A stretch of DNA of 63,815 bases, counting the filler, from an uncultured bacterium (GTDB lineage: Bacteria; B130-G9), in NCBI GenBank assembly GCA_965372715.1. It is 3 parts of 3 records of this genome, joined end to end, with 100 filler letters (N's around TTAATTAATTAA, not from the genome) between each part and the next. Parts side by side here need not be neighbours in the genome. Positions count along the whole stretch, not along the records: positions 30,390 to 59,894 come from CBDVDH010000050.1; positions 59,995 to 63,815 come from CBDVDH010000098.1; 1 more part is not named here. The stretch is one strand, 5' to 3'. A program made the position numbers and the translations under genes. Under the pieces are notes generated by a model that worked only from the letters and a program-made list of their open reading frames with translations, was not told the DNA's origin and made no database searches. How positions within the stretch are numbered: position 1 is the first letter of the stretch; each line of letters opens with the position of its first letter. Positions 56,194-63,815 of the stretch are shown piece after piece.

Positions 56194-57687
56194 ATGCCGG
56201 TTGAGTGCAAGAATTACATAAACGGTCAGTGGGCGGAGACCGCTTCGGGGCGGACATACGAGAACCGAAATCCCGCAAATCCCGACGAGCTGATTGCCAT
56301 TCATCAGAAATCGAACGCCGAGGACGTTGACCGCGCGATGACCGCGGCGCGAGCTGCCCAGAAGAAGTGGGCGCTTGTGCCGGCGCCGAAGCGCGGTGAA
56401 CTGATCTTCAGAGTCGGCCACATACTGACGAGGCGCAAAGAGGAGGTCGCTCGGGACATGACGCGTGAGATGGGCAAGGTCCTCGCGGAGACCAGGGGCG
56501 ATGTTCAGGAGGCCATCGACATGGCGTTCTACGCGGCCGGTGAGGGCCGGAGATGCTTCGGGCAGACGGTTCCCGCCGAGATGCCGGACAAGTTCGCGAT
56601 GTCCATCAGGGCGCCGGTCGGCGTCATATCTGCGATAACACCCTGGAACTTCCCGATAGCGATACCGTCCTGGAAGTCGCTGCCGGCAATTGTTGTGGGC
56701 AACGCTGTCGTCATCAAACCGGCGACGCTCACGCCGCTTTCGGTCGTCCATTTCGCCGAGGTCTTTGAGGAGGCTGGGCTGCCTCCCGGCGTGTTCAACG
56801 TCGTTACGGGTTCCGGTGCGGAGATCGGCGACGAGATGGTTACGCACAAAGAGGTGAATCTCATCTCGTTCACCGGCTCGACCAAGATAGGAACTGACAT
56901 CAGCGTCACTGCGGCTAAGCGCATGAAGCGCGTCTGCCTGGAGATGGGCGGCAAGAACGCTATCATGGTGATGGACGACGCGAAGCTCGAACTGGCCCTC
57001 GAAGGCGCCCTGTGGGGTGGCTTCGGGACGACCGGGCAGCGCTGCACCGCGACGAGTAGGGTCATTATTCACAGAGATGTCGCTCAGGAGTTCACGGACA
57101 GGTTCGTTGCGGCGGCCAGAAAGCTAAAGCTGGGCGACGGCCTCGACCCCAGCGTGCAGGTCGGTCCCGCCGTCAGTGAAGGACAGCTCGAGACTGTTCA
57201 CTCCTACGTCGAGATCGGCAAGGCCGAGGGCGCAGAGCTTTTGACCGGCGGCAGGCGATACACAGTGCCGGGCCGCGAAAAGGGCTGCTTCTACGAGCCG
57301 ACGGTCTTCTTCAACGTCAAGCGCAACATGAGAATCGCACGGGAAGAGATATTCGGCCCGGTCGTGTCCATAATCGTCGTTGATGACCTTGACGAGGCGA
57401 TCGACGTATGCAACGACACAGATTACGGCCTCTCGGGCGCCATATACACGCAGGACGTCAACAAAGCCTTCGTCGCGATGCGTGAGGTCCACACGGGCAT
57501 ATTCTACGTCAACGCGCCCACCATCGGGGCCGAGATACAGCTGCCGTTCGGGGGCACGAAGGGCACCGGAAACGGCCATCGCGAGGCAGGGACTGCCGCT
57601 CTCGACGTGTTCTGCGAGTGGAAGTCCGTCTATATCGACTTCAGCGGCAAGCTCCAGAGGGCTCAGATTGACGACTTCGAGCAATAG
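56194..57687 (+). CDS. Aldehyde dehydrogenase family protein
   Basis: ITPWNFP, FTGS, LEMGGKN, GQRCTA, EEIFGPV, PFGG. Confidence 0.93.
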   Translation: MPVECKNYINGQWAETASGRTYENRNPANPDELIAIHQKSNAEDVDRAMTAARAAQKKWALVPAPKRGELIFRVGHILTRRKEEVARDMTREMGKVLAETRGDVQEAIDMAFYAAGEGRRCFGQTVPAEMPDKFAMSIRAPVGVISAITPWNFPIAIPSWKSLPAIVVGNAVVIKPATLTPLSVVHFAEVFEEAGLPPGVFNVVTGSGAEIGDEMVTHKEVNLISFTGSTKIGTDISVTAAKRMKRVCLEMGGKNAIMVMDDAKLELALEGALWGGFGTTGQRCTATSRVIIHRDVAQEFTDRFVAAARKLKLGDGLDPSVQVGPAVSEGQLETVHSYVEIGKAEGAELLTGGRRYTVPGREKGCFYEPTVFFNVKRNMRIAREEIFGPVVSIIVVDDLDEAIDVCNDTDYGLSGAIYTQDVNKAFVAMREVHTGIFYVNAPTIGAEIQLPFGGTKGTGNGHREAGTAALDVFCEWKSVYIDFSGKLQRAQIDDFEQ

Positions 57688-57727
57688 TCCGTAATAGACA
57701 CTAAGCATCAATGTGAGCGCGAGGCCT

Positions 57728-57801
57728 GTAGGGGCGGTGCTTGCTCCGCCCTTCTTTAATGTAACCGAACGTATCAAGGGCGGAGCAAGCACCGCCCCTA
57801 C
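57728..57801. repeat. Family A REPIN
   Basis: Perfect arms GTAGGGGCGGTGCTTGCTCCGCCCTT / AAGGGCGGAGCAAGCACCGCCCCTAC. Confidence 0.92.
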
Positions 57802-57850
57802 GAGACGCGAGACTTATGACTGAGCCTTGTGAGGGGACCGCTGGGACGCG

Positions 57851-58591
57851 ATGAAAACCCTTGCCGTTGACACTTCGACAAAGGTCGGTGCCGTCGGCTT
57901 CCTAGACACGGAGTCCGGCGCGTTCGCAGAGGTCAACGTCTCGATTGGCCAGACCCACTCGCAGCGGCTCCTGGGCAGCATCGACTACCTCCTTGGCTCG
58001 GTTGAATGCCCCCTAACCAACGTCGATGTCCTGGCTGTATCGATCGGCCCTGGCTCCTTCACCGGCCTTCGCATCGGTATCAGCATTATGCAGGGACTCG
58101 CATTCGCAGAGGGCAAGAATCTCACGCCGTTTTCGTCGCTTGAGGCGCTTGCCTACAACTACGCCGGGTGCTCTCACCTCGTCTGCCCGATGATCGACGC
58201 CAGAAGGGGCGAGGTCTTCACCGGCCTCTTCAGGTTCGATGGCGTCAAGCTGTTGCGGGAAGCCCCCGAACAGGCTGTCCCGGCCTCAGAGATCGTGAAG
58301 CTCACCTCAGGCGAGAAGACGGTCTTCCTCGGAGACGGCGCCCGCGCCTACGCGGACCTCATCAAGAGCGGCATGGGCGCAGAATACGTCATCGCGCCTG
58401 AGCATCTCTCGCACCCGCGCGGCATCAGCATGGCGCGCCTCGTCGTGGAGAGAGCCGGCGACGGTCAGGCCGTGGATCCTGCTGAGATCAAACCGCGTTA
58501 CCTCAGAAGATCGAACGCCGAATTAGCAAGAGAGAGAGTTTCAAGTTCCACGTCCCAAGTTTCAAGTTCCAAGTTTCAAGTTTCAAGTTAG
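57851..58591 (+). CDS. tsaB: tRNA threonylcarbamoyladenosine biosynthesis protein TsaB
   Basis: LAVDTS, HSQRL, GPGSFTGLRIG, DARRGEV, PRYLR. Confidence 0.94.
   Translation: MKTLAVDTSTKVGAVGFLDTESGAFAEVNVSIGQTHSQRLLGSIDYLLGSVECPLTNVDVLAVSIGPGSFTGLRIGISIMQGLAFAEGKNLTPFSSLEALAYNYAGCSHLVCPMIDARRGEVFTGLFRFDGVKLLREAPEQAVPASEIVKLTSGEKTVFLGDGARAYADLIKSGMGAEYVIAPEHLSHPRGISMARLVVERAGDGQAVDPAEIKPRYLRRSNAELARERVSSSTSQVSSSKFQVSS
58540..58588 (+). repeat. Heptamer repeat (YYCAAGT)x7 inside the tsaB 3' end
   Basis: ttcaagt tccacgt cccaagt ttcaagt tccaagt ttcaagt ttcaagt then TAG. Confidence 0.85.
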
Positions 58592-58603
58592 GGGTGTTCG
58601 GGC

Positions 58604-59092
58604 GTGGTGCACGACGCATTGGACGAGTTCTCGATCCGCACGTTCCGCGATCGCGACCTGCCGGGCGTGTATCAGATCGAGCAGGCGATCTTCACTCCGC
58701 CCTGGCCTCGCTCGGCGTTTCTCTACATCGCGAAATCGAGCTGGGGAAGCCCCGGCGAGATACTCGTTGTAGAACACATTGCAGCCGATTCGAAGCGGAA
58801 ACTGGTCGGCTACGCCTGTTTGACGTGGGAAAAGGGTATAGGCCATCTTCTAAACCTCGCCATAGAGAGACTTTTCAGGGGCAGAAAACTGGCCGAGAGG
58901 CTCTTACTCGCCGCAATTAATAGATTTATCGAGAAAGAGCTCTCGACCGCAGTGCTGGAAGTCCGGGCCAGCAACAGCATCGCCATAGGACTTTACGAGA
59001 AGCACGGATTCGTCGTCCATCACGTCGAGAAGGCCTACTACCCTGACGGAGAGGACGGGCTGGTGATGGTCAAACCGCTTCAGGCACATTGA
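58604..59092 (+). CDS. rimI: Ribosomal protein S18 alanine N-acetyltransferase
   Basis: IEQAIF..PW, HLLNLAI, LEVRASN..AIGLY, YYPDGEDG; follows tsaB. Confidence 0.85.
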   Translation: MVHDALDEFSIRTFRDRDLPGVYQIEQAIFTPPWPRSAFLYIAKSSWGSPGEILVVEHIAADSKRKLVGYACLTWEKGIGHLLNLAIERLFRGRKLAERLLLAAINRFIEKELSTAVLEVRASNSIAIGLYEKHGFVVHHVEKAYYPDGEDGLVMVKPLQAH

Positions 59093-59640
59093 AGCGCTCC
59101 TCGTCAACCCTACTGGTCGTTCTTTTTGTCTCGCTTAGCGTGCTCAGCGGCTGCCTCAGACCTCAGCATGAGCTGGACGAGGCAACCGGCGAGGCTGACC
59201 CGGCGACGCTAAGAAGCAGCGGGTCGCCTTTTGCCCCTCCAGGAGATGCTGCCTACGTTGGTCCGGACGAGTGCCGGAAATGCCACACCAAGCAACATGA
59301 GAGCTGGCAGAAGAGCGCACATTTTCGCTCATACGAGATACTGGTGAAAAGGGGGAAGCACACCGCGCCCGAATGCCTCCGATGCCACAGTACGGGATTC
59401 GGCGAGGCGAGCGGTTTCGTTGACACCCAAACCACGCCCCGAATGGCGGCCGTAACCTGCGAGGCCTGCCACGGCCCTGGCCACCGTCACGTCGAGGCGC
59501 AAGAACACAACCAGAAAGACGAGCCCAAATACGGCAACGTCAACTGCCCTGACTGCCAGCACGCCCGAATCTGCATCCTGTGCCACAGAGAGCCCCACTT
59601 CGACGCAAAATCGGCGCTCAAGATTCATCGGAACCACTGA
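59089..59640 (+). CDS. Multiheme c-type cytochrome lipoprotein (c554-like)
   Basis: Lipobox LSGC; CRKCH, CLRCH, CEACH, CILCH. Confidence 0.85.
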   Translation: MKRSSSTLLVVLFVSLSVLSGCLRPQHELDEATGEADPATLRSSGSPFAPPGDAAYVGPDECRKCHTKQHESWQKSAHFRSYEILVKRGKHTAPECLRCHSTGFGEASGFVDTQTTPRMAAVTCEACHGPGHRHVEAQEHNQKDEPKYGNVNCPDCQHARICILCHREPHFDAKSALKIHRNH

Positions 59641-59828
59641 TTACCTCTGACCCGAATAATTCAAGGCCATGACGCGGCAGGTGTGGGGCAGGCTTTCCGA
59701 GACTGGGTCATAAGTCGATTGGCGAGGATCTCGCCATCCATTCACGCAACAACGATACAGGCAATACGGCCGATTGTCAAGATCAACGCGGCGGTTTTCC
59801 TATGCGACGCGATTGTCGGAATCGGCCT

Positions 59829-60023
59829 GTAGGGGCGGCGTCTCAGACCCGCCCGCCTACATGAATCCCTGCGGATACGAGGCATCTTATGCGANNNNNN
59901 NNNNNNNNNNNNNNNNNNNNNNNNNNNNNNNNNNNNNNTTAATTAATTAANNNNNNNNNNNNNNNNNNNNNNNNNNNNNNNNNNNNNNNNNNNNGGGGGG
60001 GGGGGCCTCCCCCCCGCCCCTAC
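59829..60023. repeat. Family B REPIN spanning assembly gap 59895-59994
   Basis: Left arm and spacer match the 24466 copy; ...CGCCCCTAC right arm follows the gap. Confidence 0.75.
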
Positions 60024-60048
60024 GGACAATGAATCAACTTCCTGAATC

Positions 60049-62007
60049 ATGCCTAACCGGATAACAATCCTCCCAGAGCTCGTTGCGAACAAGATAGCCG
60101 CTGGCGAGGTCGTCGAGCGGCCCGCCTCGCTGGTCAAGGAGCTCGTCGAGAACTCCCTCGACGCCGATGCCTCGGACATCGTCATCGATGTGCAGGCCGG
60201 TGGGAAGCGGCTCGTCCGGGTGCAGGACGACGGCGTTGGCATGAGTTGGGACGACGGTCTGCTCGCGTTCGAGCGCTTCGGGACGAGCAAGGTCAGGACG
60301 GCGGCGGACCTCGACAGCATAACCACGCTCGGTTTTCGAGGTGAGGCGCTCGCAAGTATCGCCTCGGTTGCTCAGGTAGCGCTCAAGACGCGCGAACGAG
60401 GCGCCGATGCGGGCACGCTGGTCGTCATACACGGCGGCGTGCTGAAGAAGGTCGAGGACGTTGGCTGCCGCGAGGGGACGTTGGTGGAGGTCGCGAACCT
60501 TTTCTACAACACTCCCGCGCGAAGGGCTTTCATGGTTAGCACGGACACTGAGTTCTTCTGGGTGACGCAGACTGTTACCCAGTATGCGCTCTGTCGGCCC
60601 GACGTGAGGTTCGTCCTGACGCACAACGAGAGAAAGGTCATCGACGCGGCCGTCTCGGACGATTTCGCGCATCGCATCGCGGCTGTTTTGGGCCAAGACC
60701 TGCTCGAAAAGCTGGTCAGCATCTCCGCCAAGTCAGATGATATGGTCTTGAAGGGCCACGTCGGCCTCCCGACGAAGGCAACTTCCTCAGGGCGGCGCCT
60801 CCAGTCGATATTCGTGAACCGCCGCGCGGTGAGCTCAAAGCCGCTGTTCGGGGCGATCTACGACGCTTATGGCCCGTATCTGATGCGGGGTCGGCATCCG
60901 GCGCTCATCCTCTTCCTCGAGGTTGACCCAAAACGCGTGAATGTGAACGTCCATCCGACGAAGCGGCAGGTCAAGTTCATCCAGCAGGCGAGGGTCTGCG
61001 AGTTTGTCCGACAGGCGATTGCCGAGACGCTGAGAAGGACGCTGAGGGCCCCGGTGGCCGAGATCACGCGGAACCTGAAGGCGCCGTCAGTGCGTCCGGC
61101 CGGGCCGATGGCGATCGACATCCACGAGACCTACGACGAGCCGGTTGACCGAACGACCCCTGAAGCGGCGGCGGAGTTTCCGCATCCAGAGTTAGACCTG
61201 CCGGAGGCCGAGCCGCAAATCCAAGCCGATGCAGCTGACGCCGCTCTTGAGCCGATGCCCAGCACGCCTGCACGGTCCGGTGTCGTCCATCCGGCTGTTG
61301 ACGCGAGACCGGGCCTGTCCAATGCCGCCAAGATGCCATCCGAGATAGCCTTAGGGCCGAGCGCAGAACCGCCGGCCGAGCGACAGATTGCCGATGCAAG
61401 GCGGGGCGGTCTCTTCGCCGAGCGCCTCGTCCCCGTCGGCCAGATCGACAACTCGTTCGTCGTTGCTCAGGGCGGAGGCGCGGTCGTCATTGTCGATCAG
61501 CATGCGGCGCACGAGCGGATATACTACGAGAAGTTCCTGCGGCAGGTTCGACTGGGAGCGATTCCGAGCCAGCGGCTCCTGATGCCGGCTCTGCTTGAGA
61601 TGGCGCCCGCGATGCGAGCCCTTCTGCTCAAAAGCAGGGGGATTCTCGAGCCGATGGGGCTTGAGTTGGAGGACTTTGGCGGCGGGTCGATTGCAGTCAA
61701 ATCGAGGCCGGCGCTCTTGTCTGACGATGACGTCGAGGGGATCGTGGCCGAGATCGGGGAGCTCTTGGCGCAGTCGAAGAAGGTCAAGGAAGCCTCGTTC
61801 AGGCCGATCGATGAGATATGTGCGCTTTACGCCTGCAAAGCCGCTGTGAAGGCCGACCACCCGCTATCGATTGCCGAGATGCAGGAGCTGCTCGACCGGC
61901 TGGCAAAGACCGACCACCCGATGACTTGCCCCCACGGCCGCCCCACAACGGTCGAACTCGACCTTTCTGACCTCCGCAAGTCGTTCCTCCGCCCTGCAAG
62001 GAAATAG
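60049..62007 (+). CDS. mutL: DNA mismatch repair endonuclease MutL
   Basis: NKIAAGEVVERP, GFRGEAL, NVHPTK, DQHAAHERIYYE, ACK, CPHGRP. Confidence 0.97.
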   Translation: MPNRITILPELVANKIAAGEVVERPASLVKELVENSLDADASDIVIDVQAGGKRLVRVQDDGVGMSWDDGLLAFERFGTSKVRTAADLDSITTLGFRGEALASIASVAQVALKTRERGADAGTLVVIHGGVLKKVEDVGCREGTLVEVANLFYNTPARRAFMVSTDTEFFWVTQTVTQYALCRPDVRFVLTHNERKVIDAAVSDDFAHRIAAVLGQDLLEKLVSISAKSDDMVLKGHVGLPTKATSSGRRLQSIFVNRRAVSSKPLFGAIYDAYGPYLMRGRHPALILFLEVDPKRVNVNVHPTKRQVKFIQQARVCEFVRQAIAETLRRTLRAPVAEITRNLKAPSVRPAGPMAIDIHETYDEPVDRTTPEAAAEFPHPELDLPEAEPQIQADAADAALEPMPSTPARSGVVHPAVDARPGLSNAAKMPSEIALGPSAEPPAERQIADARRGGLFAERLVPVGQIDNSFVVAQGGGAVVIVDQHAAHERIYYEKFLRQVRLGAIPSQRLLMPALLEMAPAMRALLLKSRGILEPMGLELEDFGGGSIAVKSRPALLSDDDVEGIVAEIGELLAQSKKVKEASFRPIDEICALYACKAAVKADHPLSIAEMQELLDRLAKTDHPMTCPHGRPTTVELDLSDLRKSFLRPARK

Positions 62008-62050
62008 ACCGGGGCCGCATTCAACTGCGAGGCGGCAAATCGGGAGACCA

Positions 62051-62080
62051 GACTGAGAATGCTAAGGCGCTTCTCAGGTC
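62051..62080. terminator. Imperfect hairpin between convergent genes
   Basis: gactgagaatgc-taaggc-gcttctcaggtc; no U-tract. Confidence 0.3.
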
Positions 62081-62100
62081 AACGGGGAAGCGTGAGGCGG

Positions 62101-63338
62101 CTACGGTCGCCTCACGAGCCGCAGCCCCAGGCTGCCGTACCACCCGCTTGGCCTCCTCCCGGCGCGGCCCGCCGACCGGCAGTTCCCGGCCTCGTTGTCC
62201 CAGCAGCCACCGCGGTACACCCGGTATGAGCCTCTGCTTGCGCCCGTCGGATCGCTATCCGGGTCCGGCCTCTTCTCATAATAATCACTGTCATACCAAT
62301 CCCAGCACCACTCCCAAACATTGCCAGACATATCATAGAGACCAAATGCGTTCGCAATCTTGTGGCCCACTGGCTGCGTCCCCTCGTGGTCTCCGTGTGG
62401 GTCCGTCCAGTGAGGGTCGTCTGCATTCTTGTCGTACCATGAATACTGCTTCATTACCGACTCTTCGCTGCTGTCGCCCCAATAGAACCGCGTCGTTGTG
62501 TTCGCGCGACAGGCATACTCCCACTCAGCCTCCGTCGGCAGACGGTACCCGTTGGCCTCGAAATCGCGCGTTACATCCGCCGAAGTGATGTGATCGCCGT
62601 CATACCACGTGTCTGTAATCGTGTAGCACTTCGCGTAACCTTCAGCATCCGACAACTCGTTGCAGAACCACACGCAATCGAACCACGACACGTCTTCAAC
62701 AGGATGGTCATCGCCGATGAAATGAGAATCATTCCAGCCCATCACGTCTTCCCACTGTGCTTGCGTTATTTCGGTCTCAGACATCTTGAATGCCGAAATG
62801 TTCACGGTTCGCTGGGGACCCTCCTCCTCCAGACGAAGCTCATCATCCTCTGGTGAACCCATCAGGAATCTGCCAGCGCGGATGGCCAGCATCCTGATGC
62901 CGGTTCCTGAGCCACCACGGATGGCAAACGGTGCATAGCTTATGTCTCTCTTGAAGTTGAGCGTTCCAGGCACAGTAAGCCCGGCGGCGAACTGATAATC
63001 GCCCTCCACCCCATCAGGAACACCGAACCATAGCACAGGCGTCCGGTCCATTTCGAACGCGGGAGGGATATACACACCGGCACGCCAGGGTTCGACGGAA
63101 CCTGTCAGCCCTCCCGAGGCGTCTATCAAGAGAAGAGAGCCATCAGGCACGAAAAGGGCGACATAAGCATCGACGGTCGTCCCCTCGCCGGAGTTCGCGA
63201 CCGCTAGGCTACCTCGATCGTGTCGCCGGATTGATACGTATCGGCGTCCGTATAGATGGTGATGGTCGGCTGGCCAGTCCCTGCAAACGGCAGTAACGCA
63301 AAGACCGCAAGGATAGTGCACACGGCTGTTGTTCTCAT
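62101..63338 (-). pseudogene. Frameshifted paralog of the FGE-sulfatase gene at 7126-8379
   Basis: ATG 63338 (GGGAGG RBS, signal peptide) reads ...YQSGDTIEVA*; the remainder is in another frame; one base missing at 63210/63211 relative to the paralog. Confidence 0.8.
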
Positions 63339-63550
63339 GTCTCCCTCCCGTCTGTTTCAATCATAGATTAACTCACAGTCGATCCAAATATATCACAATG
63401 TTTCCGGCTTCAACAGATGACCCAGGACGCTTGAACGGTACCGCCGCGTTCCACCTCATCTTCCTTGTTGCGTCCGCAACGACTTGTTATCCTCACCACG
63501 ACTTGAGCGCGACTTTCCTCTGACATTCAACAGCAAAGGCAGGGGACAAG

Positions 63551-63760
63551 ATGAAAACGCCAGTTGGTCTCATATCAGCAATCGCTTTGATGACAACGCT
63601 GGTGGCCACTGCGGCGCTCGCCGGGCCAGTGCTCACCATTTACACTGACAGGGACTCCTACACAGCGGGCGACGCCGGGCTTTCGGATAGGACAACGCAG
63701 GCCGACGGCACGCCCGACACCGGCACGGTTGATATGGGCTTCCACTTCCCACTCCCTTAA
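63551..63760 (+). pseudogene. Internally deleted remnant or mini-gene of the secreted-protein family
   Basis: Signal peptide + PVLTIYTDRDSYTAGD fused to GLSDRTTQADGTPDTGTVDMGFHFP. Confidence 0.6.
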
Positions 63761-63794
63761 TCCGTATTATTCATAAACTCGCGATGCCATGAGG

Positions 63795-63815
63795 TGTGGG
63801 GCGGGCTTTCCAGCC
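63795..63815 (+). repeat. Family C REP at window end
   Basis: tgtggggcgggctttccagcc, identical to the start of the 45785 copy. Confidence 0.85.

Noticed and set aside
62101-62240. A complete diversity-generating retroelement in the window
   Set aside because: No reverse transcriptase, avd or adenine-rich template repeat is visible; kept only as a remote-target hypothesis

Overview
GC-rich bacterial chromosome from a diderm, probably anaerobic and likely uncultured lineage (inference from LpxL, a multiheme cytochrome and an Fe-S-type TrpRS). It is in three segments joined by 100-nt N-gaps carrying an artificial TTAATTAATTAA linker (30290-30389, 59895-59994). The backbone is housekeeping: ilvD-like, cobB, a divergent EF-G paralog, menA-like, wecA-like, ruvX-mltG-PP2C-mltD, trpS-scpA, folK-dNK-panBCD-cdaR-pdxJ, mnmE-mnmG, tsaB-rimI and mutL. 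The accessory content is more unusual. (1) A Sec-signal RHS/YD protein has a degenerate autoprotease motif, a 22-Cys C-terminal cargo and no immunity gene. (2) Five secreted-protein genes (three FGE/C-lectin-fold, one beta-helix, one deletion remnant) share an unnamed ~100-110-aa domain, a candidate lineage-specific surface-sorting module. (3) A type II R-M pair is coupled to a Tag glycosylase with a substituted recognition residue. (4) There is a stand-alone double-MshEN protein. (5) A dense non-coding layer includes several REP/REPIN families, 7-9-mer tandem repeats, a pan-like RNA hairpin, and a 406-bp IS50/Tn5-like MITE inserted into a REP with a 9-bp target duplication that appears to have replaced a gene start. 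No tRNA, rRNA, CRISPR array, transposase, integrase or reverse transcriptase was seen. All family calls are by eye from motifs; no database searches were run. Several starts were refined from the ORF track using RBS and signal-peptide context.
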